Positions 9,783 through 19,809 are shown, counted from the whole stretch's first letter. The stretch: 59,817 nucleotides of DNA, filler included, from 5 parts of 5 records of this genome joined end to end with filler, not necessarily neighbours in it, one strand, 5' to 3'. Numbers and translations are program-made. The notes: generated from the letters alone by a model not told the origin.

Positions 9783-11186
9783 ATGAAACAATTCACAATT
9801 AAAAAAAGTGATTTGAAGTTTGGAGACAGGCTTGTACCAACATTTTATTATTATACTAAAGTAGTTATAAATGAATATGTAAAAAAAGGTGTTAGGTATG
9901 CTTGTCTAGGAGATCATTGTAATGTGTCAGATGGAGAACACTCACATATAAGTAGAAATGATAAATCTGGAATAAGATATCTTTACGGCAGAAATATTAA
10001 AGAAGGAGTAATTAACTTCGATCCAATTTCAGATGATTCCTTTATAACAGAAAGTGATTATGACGACAACAAGAGGTGTCATATTAATGAAAATGATGTT
10101 TTAATCGCAATTTATGGTACTATTGGTAAATCAGCAGTATATAAATCAAAATATGTTGGAGTAGCAGGAATACCAAGACATATATCAAATATTACAGTAA
10201 AAGAGAAGGCTGGATTCACACCTGAATATTTGTCTTCTTATTTTAGAAGTAGAGCAGGGAAGTGGCAACTATTTAGTGTTACAACAGGCAACATTCAACA
10301 ACTTCTATCACTAAAAAATATAAGAGCTCTTGATATACCTATTGCAGGAGATTCTTTCATTGATGAAATAACAAAGATAGAAAGGAATGCGATAAACCAT
10401 GAAATTAAAGCTTTGGAGAACATTGAAATAGCAAAAGATCTATTATACAATAACTTAAATTTTGGTATAAAAGATATTACTAGAGATTTTTCTTTTACTG
10501 TTAATAGTGAGGAGTTGTTTTACACTAATTACTGGTCAACTAGTTTTTATGATAAGTTATACATTAAAGTAGCTGACGAATTGGTCTGCAATAATGGAGC
10601 ACTTCAGCTGGGTAAAATCGCATCTGTTCAAAATGGAGATGAAGTAGGAAGTATAAACTATAATGAGTTTATACATAGACATAACGAGGATAAGTCATTT
10701 ATAAGAACATCAGATATTGTGAACTATGAAATGGATCTTTACCCAGACTATTATATTGAAGCAGAGGTTTCAAATGAAATAGTACAAGATATTCAACCTA
10801 GAGATATAGTTTTTACAAAAGATGGGAAAATAGCAAGTGTAGGTATGATAACTGATGAAGATAATGTTATTATTTCATCAGGTATTGCTCGGTTAAGATT
10901 AAAACAAGATGCAATTGATCTTGGTTGGACACAAGAATATTTATTTATTGCTCTGTCTATACCTGAAATTGGAAGATATGCTGCGATAAGAAGAACTGTG
11001 ATTGCTTCAACAATACCTCATTTAAGAGAGGCAAGGTTAAAAGAGATTGAAATACCTATTATTGAGAAAAAGTATGTTGATGAAATCACAAAACTAGTTG
11101 AAGAAGCATTTAGACTTAAAGGAAAAAGAAAAAAACTACTAAAGCAGTCAAACAATATGTTTGAAGAGTATTTCAATTTAACGTAG
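9783..11186 (+). CDS. Restriction-modification specificity (S) subunit with two TRDs
   Basis: Two repeated TRD plus helical units (ND VLIA..GTIG..IPI; RDIVF..DGKI..IPI); GGAGG RBS; follows the RM gene. Confidence 0.85.
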   Translation: MKQFTIKKSDLKFGDRLVPTFYYYTKVVINEYVKKGVRYACLGDHCNVSDGEHSHISRNDKSGIRYLYGRNIKEGVINFDPISDDSFITESDYDDNKRCHINENDVLIAIYGTIGKSAVYKSKYVGVAGIPRHISNITVKEKAGFTPEYLSSYFRSRAGKWQLFSVTTGNIQQLLSLKNIRALDIPIAGDSFIDEITKIERNAINHEIKALENIEIAKDLLYNNLNFGIKDITRDFSFTVNSEELFYTNYWSTSFYDKLYIKVADELVCNNGALQLGKIASVQNGDEVGSINYNEFIHRHNEDKSFIRTSDIVNYEMDLYPDYYIEAEVSNEIVQDIQPRDIVFTKDGKIASVGMITDEDNVIISSGIARLRLKQDAIDLGWTQEYLFIALSIPEIGRYAAIRRTVIASTIPHLREARLKEIEIPIIEKKYVDEITKLVEEAFRLKGKRKKLLKQSNNMFEEYFNLT

Positions 11187-11310
11187 AATATCATTTTATC
11201 AATATATTGAATGATGAAGGAAACATAACAATTTAATAGGTTGGTTTATAGTTTGACTTCTTTTTGATTTTATAAAAGATTGCATTGAAATCAATATCAG
11301 TAGTAAACAA

Positions 11311-11673
11311 ATGAAGAAAACAATCTTGACCGAAGCAATATTACTTGTAAATTCAAAACAAGCACTTGATTTGTTAACTGAGAGAGTTGAGAGATACTCA
11401 AATATGATAGGTACAACTGCAGATTCAATAAAAATTACTGAGGCTAAATCAAGATGGGGATCTTGTAGTTTTAAGAATAATCTGAATTTTGCATGGAGAT
11501 TAATTCTTTGTCCATTGCCAGTGATTGATTATGTAGTCGTACATGAATTGTGTCATATAGAGTATAAAAATCATAATAATAAGTTTTGGACAAAAGTGAG
11601 AACAGTACTACCTAAATATCAAGAAGAGCAAAACTGGTTGAAGGCTAACAAAAGAGTGATGGAGATAATTTGA
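11311..11673 (+). CDS. M48/YgjP (DUF45)-like zinc metallopeptidase, N-terminally truncated
   Basis: SRWGSCS and IDYVVVHELCH..H..FW motifs; only 120 aa. Confidence 0.8.
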   Translation: MKKTILTEAILLVNSKQALDLLTERVERYSNMIGTTADSIKITEAKSRWGSCSFKNNLNFAWRLILCPLPVIDYVVVHELCHIEYKNHNNKFWTKVRTVLPKYQEEQNWLKANKRVMEII

Positions 11674-11731
11674 ACGCACTAAAAGCGAATGGATTATCAG
11701 CTTGAGATTGTTAGAAGCTTGTTACAGTGAG

Positions 11732-11829
11732 ATTTCTCAATGGTGTGTTTTATTCTCAACTTCTATGAATAATAAGAGATAAAGTTCTTATTTTAAGGCA
11801 ACTCTATTCTCAACTTTTATGACGACTTA
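11732..11829 (-). repeat. Right-end TnsB-binding-like repeats
   Basis: Reverse complement of 11804-11825 is TCGTCATAAAAGTTGAGAATAG (20/22 match to 10-31); second copy at 11751-11768; weak third copy near 11732-11741. Confidence 0.85.
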
Positions 11830-11929
11830 NNNNNNNNNNNNNNNNNNNNNNNNNNNNNNNNNNNNNNNNNNNNTTAATTAATTAANNNNNNNNNNNNNNN
11901 NNNNNNNNNNNNNNNNNNNNNNNNNNNNN
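11830..11929. other. Artificial contig spacer
   Basis: N runs flanking TTAATTAATTAA; base composition changes across it. Confidence 0.99.
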
Positions 11930-12675
11930 AGAAGGCTGCAAAGAATTTCGACCGCAACGATCAGTCCCCAGCCCTTGTGCCCGCCGATCGGCAAAATCCA
12001 ACCGCCGTTCTTGATTTGATTGGGATCGTTTGTTGGTTGACCTTCGGCATCGACAAGCCAGCCGTCCGGCAGGGACATTCCTTTTTCGGCAAAATACAGG
12101 ATCTTGCCCCGGGAACTCATGCCCAGGGCGACGTCCAACAGGATCGGCCGTTCTTCATCGGCCGGTGCCCCGACGGTGATCGGAAGGGGACCGGTTATCT
12201 TGGTCTTGCCGCCCCAACCCGGCATGTTTGGAGAGCCGTTCGTGGTGGCGATTCCAACCATATCGGCTTCGATGGCGCGCTTGACGTAGTAGGCCCCCTC
12301 GCCGTTGTGGTTGCTGTTGAAAACGCCGATTGCTCCGACACCGGTTTCACGTGCCTTGGCGATTGCCGCATCCATGGCGACACAACTGAGAACGGCACCC
12401 AGCCCGTTTCCGCCATCGATAAGCATGGTGGACGCGGTGTCCCGTATCACCTTGCCATGGGTATCGGCCTTGAATCCGCCGGCTTTCAACCGCTCGATAT
12501 AGACCGGCAGGCGCAACATGCCGTGCGAATTCATCCCTCGAAGATCCGCGGACACCAAGGCCCCTGCCACGAGTTTCGCGTCGTTTCCCGGCACGCCAAC
12601 CCGTTCGAACATCATGCGGACCAAATTTTCCAATTTGGTTACGTCGATTTTCCGTCCCTGATTGCTGTCCGTCAT
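11930..12675 (-). CDS. Ldh_2 family (type 2 malate/lactate/ureidoglycolate dehydrogenase-like) oxidoreductase, 3' truncated
   Basis: ADLRGMNSHG, NSNHNG, PIGGHKGWGL motifs. Confidence 0.9.
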
Positions 12676-12718
12676 CTCCCAAATCCTTTCTTTTGCATTT
12701 CTTGGAGCGAACGAATGA

Positions 12719-13480
12719 TCAGTCCGTTTCGCGATGCATGATGGTTGGGCCTGGATGTTGTTGAACGGGAAACAGAACCATCAGGTCGACGTTCACTCTC
12801 GCCGGTTGGGATGCGCAGAAATAGATGGATTCTGCGATGTCCTCGGCGGTCATCACATCCATGCCGCTGTAGGTCTGGTTGATGCTGGTTTCGTCGCCGC
12901 GGTAACGTGTTTCTGAAAACTTCGTATTCTGCACCATGCCCGGAGCGATTTCCGTGACCCGGATGAGCGTTCCTCCGACATCGTTGCGCAAGTTTTCGCA
13001 AAGCATATGAACCGCTGCTTTGGACGGGCCGTAAGCGCCCGCACCTCTATAGGGATTGAATGCGGCGACGGAGCTGATGTTAAAGATGTGTCCGGTGCCG
13101 CGCGCTCTCATACCCTTCAGGACATGGCGGCATGTGTACATCGTGCCATTAACATTGGTCTCCAGAACCTCGGCGATATCGGCGACGGGGGATTCATCCA
13201 GGGGATCGCGACCCCGAGCCAAGCCGGCGGCATTCAACAGCATATCGGGTGTCGGAAATCGGCTCAGAACGGCATCGACGCCATCGGCGTCACGGACATT
13301 CAATTGTGTCCCTTCCGATCCGTTGCCAAGGTCTTTGGCGAAATCGGATGCCGCGGCCCCATCGAGATCAAGAACGATGATTTGCGCGCCTTGCGATGCG
13401 AAACGTTTGGCCGTCGCTGCGCCGATGCCGCTGGCGCCACCGGTGATCATGACAGTCTTTCCCGACCAATCCGTTGTCAT
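12719..13480 (-). CDS. Short-chain dehydrogenase/reductase
   Basis: TGGASGIG, NAAG, YGPSK motifs; GAAGGAG RBS before ATG 13480. Confidence 0.92.
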   Translation of the reverse strand: MTTDWSGKTVMITGGASGIGAATAKRFASQGAQIIVLDLDGAAASDFAKDLGNGSEGTQLNVRDADGVDAVLSRFPTPDMLLNAAGLARGRDPLDESPVADIAEVLETNVNGTMYTCRHVLKGMRARGTGHIFNISSVAAFNPYRGAGAYGPSKAAVHMLCENLRNDVGGTLIRVTEIAPGMVQNTKFSETRYRGDETSINQTYSGMDVMTAEDIAESIYFCASQPARVNVDLMVLFPVQQHPGPTIMHRETD

Positions 13481-13555
13481 ACAAGTCTCCTTCATTTTCA
13501 AAACCCTTCCCCCTGGTCTGAGGCAAACGTTCGGGTTATAACTCTTTGTTTCATG

Positions 13556-13620
13556 GTGATGAGCGCTATCATAGAAGAAATGCAATACGCTAACATTTGC
13601 CAAATGTTATGCGCTAACAT
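13556..13620. promoter_or_regulatory. Three LacI/GntR-type operator-like sites
   Basis: GTGATGAGCGCTATCAT (13556-13572), ATGCAATACGCTAACAT (13580-13596), ATGTTATGCGCTAACAT (13604-13620); 24-bp period, between divergent SDR and LacI genes. Confidence 0.65.
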
Positions 13621-13659
13621 AACTTCGATGTCAATCGGTTTTTGACGCTTGGAGAAAAA

Positions 13660-14691
13660 ATGAACCAACAGATGCGCAAAAAGCGGCGGCAGGCCCCGGG
13701 TGTCCGGATGGACGATGTCGCCCGCCGTGCTGGCGTTTCGGCGATTACGGTATCCCGTGCATTGCATCAACCGGACAAGGTTTCGCCGGCGACACATAAA
13801 AAAATCGAAGACGCCATGCGTGCCCTCGGCTATGTGCCCAATTTGCTGGCCGGTGGTTTGGCCTCGACTCACACACAGGTAATCGCGGCGATCATGCCCT
13901 ATCTGCGCAACGGCATTTTCGCCGATATCGTGCAAGGTCTATCGGATGTGCTGCGGAAGGACGGCTTTTCCCTTCTTTTGGGAAGCAGTGGCGGCGCGCC
14001 GGAAGAAGAGGAAACCCTTCTCCGGCGTTTGCTTGGACAACGCCCTGCGGGTGTGGTGCTGCATGGCGGAAACCATACCGAGGCGACCAGGACCATGCTG
14101 GCGAATGCCGGCGTCCCCGTAATTGAAACCGGCAATCTGGTGGCGGACCCTATCGATGCCGTTGTCGGCTATTCCAACTACGAAGCGGCCCGCTCGATGA
14201 CCGGCCATCTATTCAAGCAGGGGTTCAAAAGCATCGGGTTCGTAACCACCGATCCCGAAAACAACGACCGGGCGGCAAACCGCCTGGCCGGGTATCGTTC
14301 CGCCGTCAACGAATTCGGTTTGCCGGACCGTCAAGACCTGACCGTTCAGACGACCTTCGGCCTGTCCCAGGGGGCGGAGGCCCTTCGCTATCTGATCGAA
14401 CGGAATCCCGATTTGGATGCCGTCTTTTTTGCCGGCGATGTATGGGCGATCGGGGGCATACTCGAATGCCAGCGTCAAAAGATACCCGTCCCCGGCCGCA
14501 TTGCCATTGCCGGTTTCGATGATCAGGAAATGGCGGCGCAAGTTGTGCCGTCGCTGACCACGGTTCAGGTTCCGCGATATGACATGGGAGGCATTGCCGC
14601 GCAAATCATGCTGGACCGCATGAAAAACCAACCCGCCGAAAACAACATTCACGATGTCGGATTTCAGATCGTCGAAAGAGAGAGCACTTAG
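13660..14691 (+). CDS. LacI-family transcriptional regulator (E. coli GntR/IdnR-like)
   Basis: MDDVARRAGVSAITVSRAL HTH, YVPN hinge, IAGFDD..PSLTTV; GGAG RBS. Confidence 0.95.
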   Translation: MNQQMRKKRRQAPGVRMDDVARRAGVSAITVSRALHQPDKVSPATHKKIEDAMRALGYVPNLLAGGLASTHTQVIAAIMPYLRNGIFADIVQGLSDVLRKDGFSLLLGSSGGAPEEEETLLRRLLGQRPAGVVLHGGNHTEATRTMLANAGVPVIETGNLVADPIDAVVGYSNYEAARSMTGHLFKQGFKSIGFVTTDPENNDRAANRLAGYRSAVNEFGLPDRQDLTVQTTFGLSQGAEALRYLIERNPDLDAVFFAGDVWAIGGILECQRQKIPVPGRIAIAGFDDQEMAAQVVPSLTTVQVPRYDMGGIAAQIMLDRMKNQPAENNIHDVGFQIVEREST

Positions 14692-14992
14692 GTACCTGCC
14701 CTGCCGGATCCGCATTCCGCCGCCGAAACAAAGATTCGACGCGCCAACCTATCGACCCCGGATCTACTGCCCCAGCGGACTGGCGGCACCGAAGGGAATG
14801 AATCCGTCGGGAGCCCACTTTCGTTTCAGCAGGCGCATGCGGCGCGGTCCGGCGGGCGGATCGTCAATCCGGTGAATGATCTGGTGCCGCTGAGGCGACC
14901 TGACCGCACGCTGGACGCGGATTTCCGGACGGCGATCGCCGCCAATTGCCTTATGCTAGGTAAATTTCAGGTGGCAATAAGCGGGGGAGGAA

Positions 14993-15622
14993 ATGTTCGG
15001 GAAATATAGCGCCCTCTTATTCTGTGCCATGGGTGCGCTAAAGCCGCGCATGAACCTGGCCATGCAGGCCGATGGCTGTCGGGAAAACTGGCTCCAGGCA
15101 GAAATCATGATGCATGCAAAGAACCATCATGAGGAAGACGTCTGGACGAATTGTGAACCCATTCTGCGGCCAGACGGAAAGCCGCTGAAGGGGCAAAAGT
15201 ACGATTTTGCCGCATATGACAATGACGACAACCCCGTGATGGTGGCCGAACTCAAGATCATGTCCGGTCACTTTCTGCCAAAATGCCTATTCGGCGCCAG
15301 GGCTAAATTGTGGCGGACATTTGGAACCGAGGTTGCCGGCAAGCGGGTCATCAATCGGGACGAAATCGAATCCGCGGCCCTCAATGATTGGGGATTGATT
15401 CCCGATGCCGCCCGTCTCCTGCGCGGCCCCGCCATCCCGGAGCGCTATCTCATGATGGTTCTGCTCGATCTCGTTCACTGGGAGTGCGATTCTGAAAGGG
15501 TGCGATCGCGAAAAAATCAGCTGCATGACGTCATGGATCGCATCACCTTTGACTTTGCACGCTGCGAAAAGGAGAAGACGTATCGCGATCATGGCTTCAA
15601 AGTGAGAATGTGGAGGCTGTAG
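14993..15622 (+). CDS. Hypothetical protein with a PD-(D/E)XK-like motif
   Basis: GGAGG RBS; ENWLQAE..YDF..AELK pattern. Confidence 0.6.
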   Translation: MFGKYSALLFCAMGALKPRMNLAMQADGCRENWLQAEIMMHAKNHHEEDVWTNCEPILRPDGKPLKGQKYDFAAYDNDDNPVMVAELKIMSGHFLPKCLFGARAKLWRTFGTEVAGKRVINRDEIESAALNDWGLIPDAARLLRGPAIPERYLMMVLLDLVHWECDSERVRSRKNQLHDVMDRITFDFARCEKEKTYRDHGFKVRMWRL

Positions 15623-15711
15623 GGGCGCATATCCAACCGGATCGAAGACGCGTTGGTCTTACCCCGAGTTTCCGGCTTCGAAGGCCCTACCGACTGTGCC
15701 GGATTGGAATT

Positions 15712-16263
15712 TCATTGCCGGCTCTGTTCTTCCCCTGATCCGCAGTCTCCAATATCGGACTTGCACCGCTTGACGATGTCCAGATACAGGCTGCCTCCGT
15801 CCGTCCGTGCGGAAACCTCGGCTGCGGGAACCGCGCGTTCGGCGGCTTCCGGGAAAAGGTCGCGTAGGATATCGGTCAGCCAATCCAGATAGAGTGCCGT
15901 CAATGCCCGTTCCGCCTGCCGGATTTCCGGGAGGTAGCGCCGTGACGTCGCTTCCCACGAATCTTGGGTTGAATAGGTCAGGAACACGTCGCCAAAGCGC
16001 TGGAATTCGCCGGCAAGGGCCGCAAGATGCGGGGCGGCGGCAGGGCATCGCGAGCGTTCCGCCGCCTTTGTCACCGCGCGTGGCGAGATGTCGAATAGTT
16101 CGAACAAGGCGGTCGCCTGCTGCCGAACGCGCCGAATGTCGTTTTGGTCCAGGATGCAGGTGTCACATTCTGCCCATCCTACGGCGATCCAGGCGGCGGC
16201 TACATCCTCGACGGTCAAGGAACGATCGCTCCCCGTGCCGCAACGAATTCCATTTCCCGTCAT
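15712..16263 (-). CDS. Hypothetical protein
   Basis: 183-aa ORF, GAGG upstream, plausible composition; no family recognised. Confidence 0.5.
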   Translation of the reverse strand: MTGNGIRCGTGSDRSLTVEDVAAAWIAVGWAECDTCILDQNDIRRVRQQATALFELFDISPRAVTKAAERSRCPAAAPHLAALAGEFQRFGDVFLTYSTQDSWEATSRRYLPEIRQAERALTALYLDWLTDILRDLFPEAAERAVPAAEVSARTDGGSLYLDIVKRCKSDIGDCGSGEEQSRQ

Positions 16264-16299
16264 TCCGTGCCGTCCTCGTCTTCTTAATAAGTTCTGACC

Positions 16300-16965
16300 C
16301 TAGGTGACGACCAATTCCCAAGGCCGTCGGATGACGCGCGCCAACAACGCCTGTGCCGTCGCGTTCTCCTTAGGTGCCCATAGTTCCGATCTCGTCATGG
16401 ACAGCGACACCGCCCCCCGGAAATCGCCGGCGGCCAGCTTTTTCTCGATGTACCCAAGAAGGCATGTCGCCTCCGCAGAACCGGTAATCTCGCTGTCGAT
16501 CCGATACGCAAAATCGCGCTCCCGGATGCGCTTGGCGGACCGCGCCAGCATTCGGGATTCCGGCCGTGATCCGTTGCTCCAGACCAGAATATCAGCGCGG
16601 GAAAGACACTGGTGGCTTAGGGATCGGTCGCTAATATAGGCTGCGGCCCACGCCAGTTTTCCCATCATGTGGCTGACGCCCCAGGAAGAACCGGCGGCAA
16701 TCCGCCATCCGGAAGAAAGCGAACCGGCGGCCCTTTCATGCTCCCCCACCGCTTCCAGCGCCATTGCCACGTGGGCAAGGGCCTGCGGCCGCGTATCCAA
16801 CCAGGGTTCCGGCGGGTCGGATGCCAAGACCAGATCGGCCGCCGATTGCGCAAGGCGCGAGGGAAGATCGCGGCTCACCCCGGCAGCCAGCCAATGCCAT
16901 CCTCCTGTGGCAACGACGCCAAGACAACTCCCGCACAGAACAATCGCATTTCTTCGTGAAATCAT
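16300..16965 (-). CDS. Hypothetical exported protein (twin-arginine-like N-terminus)
   Basis: MISRRNAIVLCGSCLGVVATGG; GAAGGA RBS. Confidence 0.5.
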   Translation of the reverse strand: MISRRNAIVLCGSCLGVVATGGWHWLAAGVSRDLPSRLAQSAADLVLASDPPEPWLDTRPQALAHVAMALEAVGEHERAAGSLSSGWRIAAGSSWGVSHMMGKLAWAAAYISDRSLSHQCLSRADILVWSNGSRPESRMLARSAKRIRERDFAYRIDSEITGSAEATCLLGYIEKKLAAGDFRGAVSLSMTRSELWAPKENATAQALLARVIRRPWELVVT

Positions 16966-17085
16966 GTCCTTCTCCGGTCCGCGCGGCGATTTCCTGACGG
17001 CGTCGGCGATGATCGCCGGTAGCCATGCCTATGCCAGATGCAGACGTACTTTAGACCAATACCTGCGCCCGCATGAGGCAAGTCG

Positions 17086-17844
17086 TCAGGAAAGGTATTC
17101 CTGCCATTTTTCGCCGAAGGTGGCGTCCAGCGTCAGGCAAACCTTCTTCGAAACATCCCGCTTTTTCATCAGATAAACCCATAAAAAGGGGCGTATGTCG
17201 GTCGCCCGCCGCAGCATTCCTTCAACACCGTAGCGGTCAAAAAGATCGAGGATGGCACGGCGCTGAATCCACAAATCACAGCCATCGAAATCCGGAACGC
17301 CCGGCGGCGCATTAGCGACGATATTGAACAGAAGGGATTCACCTTTCGGGTCGGGGGCGCCGTATCGGCGCAAGGCTGCCAGTGAAGCCATTGTCGCCGG
17401 TGTCATCGCTCTCAATTGCTCGAAATCCGACATTGAAATCGATGTGATCGGATCAAAAACACCGTTTACCATTTCAATCTCGCGTTCCACGACCCCGCCG
17501 CCGAACCACCAATTCGAGAACTCGTCGAGATAGTCGCCGGCCGCCTCGAACAGGGCGGTCTTGTCTACCTGCGGATAAAGCGCCGAAAGAAGCCTCGGTT
17601 GCGATTCCGACAACGCGGCGGTCACCATTTCTCGATGGCGCGCCGCAACGGGAAGTCCGTTGATGACAGCTTCCGCCATGCGCGCGAGAGCCGCAGGAGT
17701 TTCCTCGAAGCCGTGCTCGACGGCGACGGCGATTGCGCAACCCGGATCAACCTCCTCCTGTATGAGCATATCGATGCCCAAGTTGCCCGCGTCCTCACAA
17801 ACGGAAAGATCCAAGGCCATACGCTCGACGCAAAAACCACACAT
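17086..17844 (-). CDS. Hypothetical protein
   Basis: Long ORF; likely start ATG 17844 (MCGFCVERM) after AGAGGG. Confidence 0.6.
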   Translation of the reverse strand: MCGFCVERMALDLSVCEDAGNLGIDMLIQEEVDPGCAIAVAVEHGFEETPAALARMAEAVINGLPVAARHREMVTAALSESQPRLLSALYPQVDKTALFEAAGDYLDEFSNWWFGGGVVEREIEMVNGVFDPITSISMSDFEQLRAMTPATMASLAALRRYGAPDPKGESLLFNIVANAPPGVPDFDGCDLWIQRRAILDLFDRYGVEGMLRRATDIRPFLWVYLMKKRDVSKKVCLTLDATFGEKWQEYLS

Positions 17845-18186
17845 CTGTATCCCTCTGATTCTTCTTTGGGTTGACCTTAAAAAAGGATTTCGGCAATCGG
17901 TTGGGCTTGTCCGGTACTTCCTGCGCGGTTTGCGGTTATAACCGCATCGCATCCCCAGCTGTTGCCGCCGTCCGACCTCATATTGTCCATTTCGGTAATG
18001 GCAGGTTTAGCGGGCCTATTGGGAAATTCACGGAAATGACGATTGATGACGAGCAATGATAATAATGCGTTCACGCCCGTCGCCATTCCCCTTTTGATTT
18101 CAAGGGATTGACCGATATTCGCGAGGTCGGAAAATCGTCATTTCCGTTGGGGGCGGACGCCCCGCCTGCCCCGGGATTCAAGGCTC

Positions 18187-19380
18187 TCAGACGGTAAGGA
18201 CTTCCTCGTGCTCGATCTTGTCCGGGTCGAGCGCCATGTTCAGGCCCGCTGCTTCAGGTGCCTTGTATATGCCGTCGATCGGCCGAATCGGATCGGCGAG
18301 AAAGTGCATGTAGATTTCATTCCATTTCACGAGGTCCTCCTGAAAGGGCGTATGAATTGGGGACTGTGTGGCGGAGAAATGAATCGTGGCCGGTGACGAA
18401 TTACCGTGCGGAACGGTGATCAGGTCATGAACCGTGGCATAGGCCGAAATTTTCAGGATTTCCGACAAGCCGCCGCACCAGTAGATGTCGGGCTGGATGA
18501 TATCCAGCGCATCCTTTTCGATGAACCGTTTAAATCCCCATCGTGTGTACTCATGCTCGGCACCGGAAAGCGGGATGGTCGTCTTCGCCTTCAGTTTCAC
18601 GTAGGTGTCAATTCTGTCCGGCATGAAGCACTCTTCGATCCAACGCGGGCGGAACTCCTCGATGCGCGTGCAAAGATCCACGGCGTAATCGAGGTTCAGG
18701 CTCTGCCAAGCGTCGAACATGATGTCATAGTCCTCGCCGACGGCTTCACGGACCGTCCGGACCAACGCCACGTTTTTGCGCAGGCCTTCATGGCCGCTCA
18801 TGGGCCCATGACGGAAGAACCACTTCTGACCGGTATATCCTTGATTTTTGAACTCCTTGGCGCGATCGCTGACGAGATCCAGATCGTCCACCGCAAACCC
18901 GAGTGTGCTGGCGTAGGCGGGGATCGGAAATTGGCCGGAACCGCCCAGGATTCGCCACACCGGTTGTCCGAATGCCTGTCCCTTGATGTCCCACAACGCG
19001 CAGTCGACGGCCGACAGCGCGATCATCGGATCGCCTTGGCGGCCATGCACCTGGAAACGGTGCATTTGATCCCAAAGGATTTCGATGGCCAGGGGATCGT
19101 GGCCGAGCAAACGTGGCGCAAGTTGATTAAGGACGATATGCGCGGAATCGAGTCGGACTGGCCCTGCGGTTCCCACAATGCCGTCGTCAGTGGATATCTC
19201 GAGAAAATACTGTTTTATTTCCAGGTGCGTATCGTCGACTTGGCGCCCACCCTCTTCCCAGCATTCGTTTCTGTAGTCCGGATAAATATCGACCGGACGG
19301 ACGAGGCGTTCCTCCCAGAAAATACCGTCAGTGGGCACAGTTCCCGTGAGGTGGCGCACTCGGACTCCATCGACCTTCAT
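18187..19380 (-). CDS. Mandelate racemase/muconate lactonizing enzyme family dehydratase (RhmD-like sugar-acid dehydratase)
   Basis: SAVDCALWDIKG, MFDAW, WIEE, AEHEYTRWGF, IIQPD motifs. Confidence 0.92.
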   Translation of the reverse strand: MKVDGVRVRHLTGTVPTDGIFWEERLVRPVDIYPDYRNECWEEGGRQVDDTHLEIKQYFLEISTDDGIVGTAGPVRLDSAHIVLNQLAPRLLGHDPLAIEILWDQMHRFQVHGRQGDPMIALSAVDCALWDIKGQAFGQPVWRILGGSGQFPIPAYASTLGFAVDDLDLVSDRAKEFKNQGYTGQKWFFRHGPMSGHEGLRKNVALVRTVREAVGEDYDIMFDAWQSLNLDYAVDLCTRIEEFRPRWIEECFMPDRIDTYVKLKAKTTIPLSGAEHEYTRWGFKRFIEKDALDIIQPDIYWCGGLSEILKISAYATVHDLITVPHGNSSPATIHFSATQSPIHTPFQEDLVKWNEIYMHFLADPIRPIDGIYKAPEAAGLNMALDPDKIEHEEVLTV

Positions 19381-19410
19381 TTTACTCCCCCTAAAGGGCT
19401 AATGTTGCGT

Positions 19411-19709
19411 TTAACTGGCGTACATTTCGACCAATCCGAAGACGTGCCGCTTCAATTGTTCTTCGGCAAGGTTGTCGTCCCGGTTCTCGATGCTTTGCAC
19501 GATGGCCGAATGGGCCCGTAGGGATCCGGCGATTTCTTCGTTGGTTCGGGTGAGTCTATTGAGCAGGGCTCGTATCCGATGGGAAATTCTGTCGTAGGCC
19601 TCGATCAGATCCTGGTTGCCGCTTGCCTGGACAATCTCCGTATGGAAGGCCGCGTCGGTCGGCCTGAAAGCGTCAACTCCTTTCGGCAATGCTTCTTCGG
19701 AAGCGCGCA
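19411..19709 (-). CDS. GntR-family regulator, FCD domain (5' truncated)
   Basis: DAAFHTEIVQASGN..H..I..A...H pattern; runs into the contig gap. Confidence 0.8.
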
Positions 19710-19809
19710 NNNNNNNNNNNNNNNNNNNNNNNNNNNNNNNNNNNNNNNNNNNNTTAATTAATTAANNNNNNNNNNNNNNNNNNNNNNNNNNNNNNNNNNN
19801 NNNNNNNNN
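19710..19809. other. Artificial contig spacer
   Basis: N runs flanking TTAATTAATTAA. Confidence 0.99.

Larger units (their letters stand above)
1..11829 (+). mobile_element. Tn7-like transposon (two TniQ-family genes, tnsA, tnsB, tnsC, R-M cargo), near complete; terminal TGT/ACA bases missing at the contig breaks
   Basis: Full tnsABC plus two TniQ-domain genes; the same 22-bp motif occurs in inverted orientation at both extremities of the contig. Confidence 0.9.

Noticed and set aside
1-11829. CRISPR-associated transposon (CAST)
   Set aside because: No cas genes and no repeat-spacer array seen between the two ends; the repeats present are end motifs
11830-11929. TTAATTAATTAA palindrome as a biological repeat, and gene linkage across the four spacers
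   Set aside because: Identical artificial linker inside N runs; flanking segments differ in composition and apparent taxon
11977-19521. Long antisense and alternate-frame ORFs (e.g. 11977-12741, 13007-13645, 18406-19521)
   Set aside because: Shadow frames of well-supported genes in GC-rich DNA with no recognisable motifs
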